A stretch of DNA of 64,000 nt from an uncultured bacterium (GTDB lineage Bacteria > Oederibacteriota > JAAXVQ01 > JAUVAV01): assembly GCA_963710755.1 (NCBI GenBank), contig CAVQBK010000003.1, positions 1,248,001 to 1,312,000 on the forward strand, in the 5' to 3' direction. The translations under genes and the position numbers were made by a program. The notes below the pieces were generated by a model. It did not search any database. It was not told where the DNA came from and saw nothing but the letters and a program-made list of their open reading frames with translations. Below, one piece after another: positions 57,514 through 64,000 of this stretch; position 1 is the first letter of the stretch; every line of letters starts with the position of its first letter.

Positions 57514-59913
57514 ATGAATTTCAAAGCAGAAAAGCATTATTTTACCCTGGAAGGGAAGCCCTTTTTCTTCTACAGCGGTGAAATCCAATATTTCCGTGAA
57601 AAAAAAGCTTTGTGGAAAGAACATCTGAAAAAATTAAAGGCCGCCGGCTGCAATGCGGTTACCACCTATATACCTTGGTCCTGGCATGAATTGGAAGAAG
57701 GCCGGTTTGATTTTACTGGCGAAACTTTGCCGGAGCGCGATTTGATCGGTTTTCTGGATGCCGTTCAGGAAACAGGGTTGGTCGCTGCACTAAAACCAGG
57801 ACCCTATATTCTGGCTGAATTTGAGGACCGGGGCATCCCTTCCTGGCTTACCCAAGGCTATCCGGAGATTCAGGCCAAAAGCGTAGACATGATTACCTAC
57901 ATGCATCCCACTTTTCACAAATTTGTTCGTCTTTGGTATGATGCGGTGCTGCCTATCATTCAGGAACGTCAAATCACCCAGGGTGGCCCTGTTATTATGC
58001 TGCAGGTCTGTAATGAAGTGGGCCTCTATAATTGGCTCGATGGTGCCGGCGATACCAGTGATGTTTCCCTTGCTTATTTTAAAAAGTACTTGGAAAAAGA
58101 ATACAAAAACGTGGATGCCCTCAATCACGCCTATGGCAGTTCCTGGGCAAGTTTTACTGAGGTTAAACCGCCTCGCGGAATCACGGCCAACACCGGGGAA
58201 TATCTGCACTGGGTGGATTGGCATGATTTTCATCGGTGGTACTATGCTGAATATTTAAGCTGGGCTATTGAAGAAATCAGGGCCCGTGGGATAGGCATTC
58301 AGCTGTACCATAATATCCCGGGATGGGTATTCGGCCGTGGCCAGGAATATCCGGTTAATATCTCCTTTTATGGGGAAATAGTCAAACGCCATCCTGAAAT
58401 GGTGTTCGGGGTGGACCATATTCCGGAGAATCCCAATTACCGCAACCAGCATGATGATCTGATCATCAATGAAATGACGCGCGCCCTCCAAGGAGGACAA
58501 ATGCCCATGTGGGCGGCGGAACAACAGGCAGGTTCGCGGGAACACAACGTTCATACCTTTCCCAATGAACTGGAACTTTTTTATAAAGCCTGTATTGCCC
58601 GGGGAATGACCGGTATGAATTTATATATGTTCAGCCAGGGGCTTAATCCCCCTCGTCGCGGCGCTTTTGGCCCCACCTTTTACTGGATGAATGCCCTGGG
58701 GCATGACGCCTCGGAAAAGCCGCTTTATGAAGTGGTGAAAAAAGTCGGTGACCTGATCCACACCTTTGGTGAGGCCTGGATGCAAAGTGACAGGCGCAGC
58801 CAGGCGGCGGTGGTATTCTACCGTCCTTACTATCATGATGAATTTTTCTTTCCCCTCTTTGGCGGGGTGCCTGCCCTGGATGCCGCCAAGGCGGGATTGC
58901 GTTATAATCCCAAGACCATGCGCAATGCCTACTACTTTGAAGGCATGCTTAAAGTATTGACTATTCAGAACCGTGATTTTGACATGGTGGATATTCAGCG
59001 ACAGACACCAAACCCTCAAAACCATCCTCAGCTGTGGGTGATGGCCTTGGACTGTATGGATGCCCAAAGTCAGCGCGCGTTGGCTGATTATGTAGCTCAG
59101 GGCGGTCATCTGATCATTTGGCCAGGCCTGCCGGACAAAGACTTAAAGATGCAGCCCTGCACTATATTAAAGGAAGCTTTGGGCATTGAAGAGACTGGAA
59201 GTGTGCAGCATCAGTTTGTCTCCAAGATCGACATTCTGGGTCAGGAAGACATCAACGCCTATCCCCTGGTGCGCTTGTTTGAGTCCCCGCAAGCGCAAGC
59301 CATTGCGACACTGCCGGACGGCCGGGTCTGTGGTCTGCGCAAACCGGTGGGCAAAGGCCTGGTCACGCTGATTGGTACCATCTTCGGCTATAACATCAAA
59401 GAGCAACTCTACGTTTACGAAAGCTTGTTCCGCCACAGCGCGCCCCAAGGGAACCTGCATCTGAGTAACCCTGCCTTGCAGGGCCATGTCCGCTTCGGCC
59501 GGGATTATGCCATGGCTTGCGTACTCAACTATACCCCAGTGGTTCAAACCACCTCTTTGACTGTGTCCGGGGTGGGGCAGGGCAAGACCGTGACCGTGGG
59601 CGGGGAAACACCACTGGTACTGGCGCCTCATCAGGGCTTGTTTGTGCCCCTTGACTTTAAAATTCATCCCGATCTGACGCTGGCCTATGCCACTTGTGAA
59701 ATTCTTAAAATTGGCGGCCAGGACAAGCCGCTGGAGTTGACCGTGCAGCCCAATACTTTGGCCGCCACCATGCTGTGCGTGGCCTGCGGCAGCGAGAGCC
59801 TTAAGGCTGTCTTTGACGGTCAACCCTTGGCATGTACCCGCCAATCAAACGGAGCATGGACTATTACCCTGGGCCCGGGTCAGGACCGGGGGGTGATGAC
59901 CATTACCTGGTAA
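57514..59913 (+). CDS. Cytoplasmic GH35-family glycosidase/transglycosylase (beta-galactosidase-like with trimerisation-like domain)
   Basis: SGEIQYFR..W...L.KLKA.GCN.V.TYIPW.WHE..EG.FDF.G, KPGPYI.AE....G.P.W, GGPVIMLQVCNE (acid/base), AEQQAG (nucleophile region). GAGGGAG RBS supports the start at 57514; no signal peptide. Confidence 0.88.
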   Translation: MNFKAEKHYFTLEGKPFFFYSGEIQYFREKKALWKEHLKKLKAAGCNAVTTYIPWSWHELEEGRFDFTGETLPERDLIGFLDAVQETGLVAALKPGPYILAEFEDRGIPSWLTQGYPEIQAKSVDMITYMHPTFHKFVRLWYDAVLPIIQERQITQGGPVIMLQVCNEVGLYNWLDGAGDTSDVSLAYFKKYLEKEYKNVDALNHAYGSSWASFTEVKPPRGITANTGEYLHWVDWHDFHRWYYAEYLSWAIEEIRARGIGIQLYHNIPGWVFGRGQEYPVNISFYGEIVKRHPEMVFGVDHIPENPNYRNQHDDLIINEMTRALQGGQMPMWAAEQQAGSREHNVHTFPNELELFYKACIARGMTGMNLYMFSQGLNPPRRGAFGPTFYWMNALGHDASEKPLYEVVKKVGDLIHTFGEAWMQSDRRSQAAVVFYRPYYHDEFFFPLFGGVPALDAAKAGLRYNPKTMRNAYYFEGMLKVLTIQNRDFDMVDIQRQTPNPQNHPQLWVMALDCMDAQSQRALADYVAQGGHLIIWPGLPDKDLKMQPCTILKEALGIEETGSVQHQFVSKIDILGQEDINAYPLVRLFESPQAQAIATLPDGRVCGLRKPVGKGLVTLIGTIFGYNIKEQLYVYESLFRHSAPQGNLHLSNPALQGHVRFGRDYAMACVLNYTPVVQTTSLTVSGVGQGKTVTVGGETPLVLAPHQGLFVPLDFKIHPDLTLAYATCEILKIGGQDKPLELTVQPNTLAATMLCVACGSESLKAVFDGQPLACTRQSNGAWTITLGPGQDRGVMTITW

Positions 59914-59920
59914 TGGCCAA

Positions 59921-59949
59921 TTGACGCTGCGGGTGATCTATTTTATAAT
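59921..59949 (+). promoter_or_regulatory. Consensus sigma70 promoter of bat-like operon
   Basis: TTGACG-17 nt-TATAAT, with an ATG 8 nt after the -10 box. Confidence 0.75.
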
Positions 59950-59957
59950 TGCCGCTA

Positions 59958-61001
59958 ATGAACGCATTCACCAAAGGCATAATTTTTACTGGATTGACGA
60001 TGATGGCTGCTCTTGTCTGGGCCGGGCAAAATGTTTTTGTCAAGGCGCAGGTGGACCAGCAGACCGTCAATCTGGGTGACCATCTGGTTTATACCGTGGA
60101 AGTGATGACTGCGGGCGAAACCCAATATTCGCCTGATATCTTATTGCCCAATTTTGGCGGCCACTTTCAAGTCGGTGATATTTTTACCCGCTCGTCGGTC
60201 AGCATTCTCAACGGTAAAACCTTCATCGTCAATTTTAAGGAAGTACATCTGTTGGCCAGCCAGGTGGGCAAGATAGAAATTCCTTCCAGCCAGGTGGAGC
60301 TGATCAATCCTCATACTCAGGAACGCATGGTCGAACAAACCAATCCAGTGACCTTGACCGTTAACTCAGCAGCAGGGAAAAAAGTAGAAGCCACGGCCAC
60401 GCCGCAAATTGACGTCATGCGTCCCATCAAAAGAAACGCCCGTTTGAATTTAAATCAATGGTGGCCCTTTGCGTCGGCGATTTTTTTAATCCTGGGCATC
60501 ATGGGCGCCTTGACTTACTTCAGAAAGCGTCCGCAACAAACCCCGGCCAATCAAGAACCGGAAGATACCCGCAGCCCGCAGGAACGGGCCTTTCAAAGAC
60601 TGGAGATAGCGGCCAAACTTAAAGAAGAGGGCAAGATCAATGATTACTACACCCAACTTTCTTCCATTCTAAGGGCGTATTTGTCGGAGGCTTTTGAACT
60701 AAAAGCCGAAGCCGGTACCACCAGGGAAGTGGTGAATGAAATGAATCAGCACCGCTTCAAGGAAGCATTCATCGAACGTTATAAAGCTTACGCCTTGGCC
60801 AGTGATGAGGTTAAATATGCGGGCGTCCTGCCCGATCCCGGGGATGTGGAAAAGGCCTTCCCGGAGGTGGAATTCCTGATCAAAACCGACGACGTGCAGG
60901 AGTTGCCGCCACCGCCTGAACCGGAAGAAAGCCAGCCTGAAGAAACCGTGGCCGCCGCGTCAACGGATGATGCGGAGCCGCCCGGAACCCAGGGCGCTTG
61001 A
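59958..61001 (+). CDS. BatD-like protein (Ig domain + TM + C-terminal helical domain)
   Basis: Signal peptide; VKAQVD...V.LGD...YTVEV, G...IP, TM WWPFASAIFLILGIMGALTYF, YYT.LS.ILR.YL...F......TT.E; sits directly upstream of the VWA genes. Confidence 0.7.
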   Translation: MNAFTKGIIFTGLTMMAALVWAGQNVFVKAQVDQQTVNLGDHLVYTVEVMTAGETQYSPDILLPNFGGHFQVGDIFTRSSVSILNGKTFIVNFKEVHLLASQVGKIEIPSSQVELINPHTQERMVEQTNPVTLTVNSAAGKKVEATATPQIDVMRPIKRNARLNLNQWWPFASAIFLILGIMGALTYFRKRPQQTPANQEPEDTRSPQERAFQRLEIAAKLKEEGKINDYYTQLSSILRAYLSEAFELKAEAGTTREVVNEMNQHRFKEAFIERYKAYALASDEVKYAGVLPDPGDVEKAFPEVEFLIKTDDVQELPPPPEPEESQPEETVAAASTDDAEPPGTQGA

Positions 61002-62058
61002 CGTGCACAGTCTGCTGCATTTTGGAACCAATGAGCATTTGCTGTGGGCGGCGCCGGCCTGGCTATGGGGACTGGTGCTGCTGCCCTTAATTTATTTTGG
61101 CATGATCCTGCTTGTCAACCGCAAAAACCATACTGTCCTATTCTCCAAAAGTCAACTTTTAAACAACCGTCCCTGGTCGTGGTCGGCCTTCAGCTATCTC
61201 ATCGTGCCCGGGTTGCGGCTGATGGCCTTGCTCTGCCTGTGTCTCGCCCTGGCCAGACCTCAGGCCGCCTTAGAGTTGGTCAACCGCACGGTCCGGCAGC
61301 TGGACTTTATGCTGGTGCTGGATGTGTCCAACAGCATGCGGGCATATGACATTCAACCGACCAGGCTGGAAGCGGCCAAAAAGCTATTCGCTGATTTTGT
61401 TCAACATCGTCCGCAGGACCGTCTGGGATTGGTGGGATTTGCCGGAAAAAGCCTAACGTTGATGCCTCTGACCATTGATCATCAGGCTTTGGCCGGAGTC
61501 TTGGCAGGGCTTAATACTCGTGTGGTGCCCGTGGAGGGCACGGCCATTGGAGACGCACTGTTAACCGCGGCCAACCGTTTGCTGCAGGTGTCACGCGGTC
61601 CCAAGGCCGCTGCGCCGGTTATTATTCTGGCTACGGATGGGATTAATACTCAAGGTGTTGAGCCCATGCAGGCGGCCGCTATTCTTGCTGAAAAACATAT
61701 CAAGTGTTACAGCATTGGTCTGGGCGGGGAAAAGCCGATACTACGTTATACCCGGCAGGCGGATGGTCAAGTGGTGCCCATGCGGGATGTTTACGGGCAC
61801 CTGCAATACTGGTCCAAGGCGGATCATAGGGTTTTGCAGAGCATTGCCGCTAAAACAGGCGGCCAATTTTTCCTGGCGCAAAACCGGAAGCGTTTTGAGG
61901 AAGTGTTGCAAGAGATTGACCACCTGGAAAAGACCGTGGTCAATGTGCAGCACAGCCGGCAGGTAAAGGAACTGTTTTTCTGGCCCCTCGCTCTGGGGCT
62001 GGTTCTGCTGCTGACGGAGCGTCTCTTAAGCCGCACTCGTTATTTAGATTTTACCTGA
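60967..62058 (+). CDS. batA: BatA-like VWA domain membrane protein
   Basis: ALARPQ, LDVSNSMRAYDIQPTRLEAAK (MIDAS DxSxS), DRLGLVGFAG, GTAIGDAL, ILATDG, IAAKTGG.FF. Start may be the GTG at 61003. Confidence 0.85.
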   Translation: MMRSRPEPRALDVHSLLHFGTNEHLLWAAPAWLWGLVLLPLIYFGMILLVNRKNHTVLFSKSQLLNNRPWSWSAFSYLIVPGLRLMALLCLCLALARPQAALELVNRTVRQLDFMLVLDVSNSMRAYDIQPTRLEAAKKLFADFVQHRPQDRLGLVGFAGKSLTLMPLTIDHQALAGVLAGLNTRVVPVEGTAIGDALLTAANRLLQVSRGPKAAAPVIILATDGINTQGVEPMQAAAILAEKHIKCYSIGLGGEKPILRYTRQADGQVVPMRDVYGHLQYWSKADHRVLQSIAAKTGGQFFLAQNRKRFEEVLQEIDHLEKTVVNVQHSRQVKELFFWPLALGLVLLLTERLLSRTRYLDFT

Positions 62059-62068
62059 GGATAGTGCC

Positions 62069-63082
62069 GTGAATTTAGTCCGATTTGTTTATCCTGCAGT
62101 GCTTCTACTGATATTGTTGATCGTTCCGCTTTTTGTCTTTTTGGATCGACGGTTTTTCCGGGTTTATGAAGAAAAAAGAGCGGCCTTTGCAACGCGTCCT
62201 TTTATTCATCACGTGTGGAAACCCATGGCCTACTGGCCCCACCAGCTGACCCAGGTTTTATGGCTGGCGGCATTGGTACTACTCTGCCTGGCGTTGGCCA
62301 GGCCCCAGGGGCAGCCCCACCTGAAAAGCGTCAAGCGGCCGGAAAGGCTGGGTTATATCGTGCTGGATGTATCCAAAAGCATGAAGGTTAATGATGCCGA
62401 TGGCAGCCGTCTGGACAGGGGCAAGGCTATTATCAAATCTTTTATTGCCGCCAATCCTCAGGATCGCCTGGGTCTGATTACTTTTGAAAAAGGAGCCCGT
62501 CAGGTTTGCCCGGCCACCAGTGATCAAGACGCCCTGCTGCTGGCTTTGAGCCGGGCTTACCCAGGAAGTCTTCCTCAACCAGGCACGGATTTGGAGGCCG
62601 CCTTACTGCTGGCCTTGGATAAATTGTCGGTTCGGCCCAAAGCGCAAAAGTATATCCTGCTGCTAAGCGACGGTGAAACTCAAGGCCCTCAGGACTGGCA
62701 GCAGATCATGACCACGGCCCAGGTCCAAAAAACCAGCCTGATCTGCATTGGCCTGGGCTCCCTACAGGGAGGCATTATTCCCAATGGCAAGACCATGTGG
62801 GGCAAGGCTTTGTTTAAAACCTATCATGGCAAGCAGGTCATCTCCAGGTTGGAATCGAAGCCCTTGAATGAATTGGCCCGGCTGACTGAAGGCCGCTATT
62901 ACCATTGGCAGCAACCACTTTTGCTCAAACGGATCATGGATTATCTTAAACTTAAAGACAGTGCCGAAGGTCAAAAAGACATTGTCGTTTACAGGGAATG
63001 GGCCTTTTATTTCATCCTAATAGCCCTGGTTCTGCTTCTACTGGAGCCTTTTGTACCCAAAATAGTAAGGAGGCCGGTATGA
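62069..63082 (+). CDS. batB: BatB-like VWA domain membrane protein
   Basis: GTG start after GAGG; ALARPQ, LDVSKSM, DRLGLITF, CP.TSD, GTDL..AL, LLSDGE, GIGS..GG.IP-like segment, V.SRL. Confidence 0.85.
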   Translation: MNLVRFVYPAVLLLILLIVPLFVFLDRRFFRVYEEKRAAFATRPFIHHVWKPMAYWPHQLTQVLWLAALVLLCLALARPQGQPHLKSVKRPERLGYIVLDVSKSMKVNDADGSRLDRGKAIIKSFIAANPQDRLGLITFEKGARQVCPATSDQDALLLALSRAYPGSLPQPGTDLEAALLLALDKLSVRPKAQKYILLLSDGETQGPQDWQQIMTTAQVQKTSLICIGLGSLQGGIIPNGKTMWGKALFKTYHGKQVISRLESKPLNELARLTEGRYYHWQQPLLLKRIMDYLKLKDSAEGQKDIVVYREWAFYFILIALVLLLLEPFVPKIVRRPV

Positions 63083-63708
63083 TCATCAATTCCGTGGGCT
63101 GGCTGGCCTTATTCTGGTTGCTGCGCTCATGGCTGCCTATTCCTGGTGTTAATTATTTTAATGCTGCCAATGCCTGTTATGAGCAAGGCCGCTATGAGCA
63201 GGCCCTTGATTATTACCAGCGTCTTTTTCAGGATCCGCATCTGGGTGGCCGGGCGTACTACAATGCCGGCAACACGGCTTTTCATCAGGGTCGCTATCAG
63301 CAGGCCTTGAAATGGTACGAAAAAGCGCTGCAAGTGATGCCTGAAGATGAAGATGTCTGGCATAATTTCACCCTGGCCAATCAAAAGCTGATTGCCCAAA
63401 ACAAGCAGGCCGGACAGGACAGTCAATCCCAAAGCAGCCGCAAGCCGCCCAAATCACGCCAGCGCCTGGGCACATCCGCGGCGGACCGGCTGCTTGCCCG
63501 GGCCGGGGCGGAGGAATACCGGCTTAGGCCGGCGCTTAATCAACAGAGCCGGCGTAAGGTGAAAGGCAGTTTCAGCCAGGATATTTTTAATCTGCCGCCT
63601 CAGGAATTGATTGCTTATATTAAAAACCAGACCCAGGCCGGCTATCCCTTTAAAGCCGGATCATCCCTTAAAAAGGAAGAACCCAGAGATAATGAAGTAG
63701 ACTGGTAG
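63079..63708 (+). CDS. batC: BatC-like TPR protein
   Basis: ATGA overlap with the batB stop and AGGAGG RBS; TPRs (AYYNAGN..F.QG.Y..A...Y.KAL...P.D.D..HN); Q-rich linker; ends in DW. Confidence 0.8.
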   Translation: MIINSVGWLALFWLLRSWLPIPGVNYFNAANACYEQGRYEQALDYYQRLFQDPHLGGRAYYNAGNTAFHQGRYQQALKWYEKALQVMPEDEDVWHNFTLANQKLIAQNKQAGQDSQSQSSRKPPKSRQRLGTSAADRLLARAGAEEYRLRPALNQQSRRKVKGSFSQDIFNLPPQELIAYIKNQTQAGYPFKAGSSLKKEEPRDNEVDW

Positions 63709-63968
63709 CCACGGGCAGCTTGGAAGGGAGCGCCCTTTTGGAAGGTTCATATACCTTGACTTTTAAAATTAGGTCTGATAATTTTTTGTTAATATGGTAT
63801 GTTGGATTGCTGTTTTTGAGAATAAGGTAACCATGGTTGTGGTGATGGTCATCCCGTCTGACTCCCTACCTAACCTTTCTACAATATTATATGGGCGGAA
63901 TTTGTGCCGGAACACAAGGCCATGGGATTGTTGTTGAAAGAGGACCCCGAAGGGTCTTTGGAGGCTTT

Positions 63969-64000
63969 ATGAATAAGCGATCAGTCCTCATGCTGGCCGT
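63969..64000 (+). CDS. Start of a truncated CDS with signal-peptide-like N-terminus
   Basis: GGAGG RBS then ATG: MNKRSVLMLA...; runs off the window. Confidence 0.5.
   Translation, partial: MNKRSVLMLA

Noticed and set aside
31127-63078. Longest-ORF starts at 31127, 33375, 39989, 44852, 57430, 59949 and 62998
   Set aside because: Downstream ATGs (31178, 33387, 40037, 44906, 57514, 59958, 63079) fit better, based on RBS, signal peptide, promoter position or overlap with the upstream stop.
225-63432. Numerous short minus-strand and alternative-frame ORFs in the track (e.g. 5787-6401, 8928-9596, 49411-50148, 59167-59844)
   Set aside because: Essentially all lie within or overlap longer + strand genes with recognisable motifs, and they have no family features; these are shadow ORFs.
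63756-63782. TTGACT...GATAAT promoter-like sequence near the window end
   Set aside because: The 15 nt spacer and non-consensus -10 make it too weak to call.

Overview
Bacterial genomic DNA with all credible genes on the + strand and standard stop codons. The giant membrane protein, the many CBM11-like and FlgD/CTD-tagged proteins and the PorV-like barrels suggest an uncultured diderm lineage of the Omnitrophota/Elusimicrobiota/FCPU426/Goldbacteria type (inference only). The first 27.7 kb is one N-terminally truncated ORF of more than 9,221 aa. It carries a LysM domain, about 3,000 aa of extracytoplasmic helical-barrel and Ig/Fn3-like domains, and a long coiled-coil. These are followed by two modules, each made of a Cgs/NdvB- or OpgH-like beta-1,2-glucan glucosyltransferase, TM helices, a DUF4214-like repeat, a beta-1,2-glucanase-clan (GH144/GH189-like) domain and an M50-type HExxH membrane-peptidase-like domain. 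Downstream is a coherent beta-1,2-glucan-themed locus: a malectin-GH144-CBM-CTD enzyme, a sugar ABC binding protein with two permeases, three more free glucanase-clan proteins, CBM11-like proteins, a CBM11-beta-barrel fusion and a GH35 enzyme. Embedded in it are three paralogous pilin-like subunits with two chaperone-like Ig proteins but no usher, and three CTD-cargo/PorV-like barrel gene pairs. One CBM protein carries a pilin-type donor strand instead of a CTD. The window ends with a bat-like (BatD/A/B/C) operon. The best candidates for new biology are (1) the giant multi-module glucan synthase/hydrolase/peptidase protein and (2) a possible usher-less, CTD/PorV-anchored donor-strand fibre tipped with carbohydrate-binding modules. 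All family calls come from motif recognition by eye; no database searches were run.
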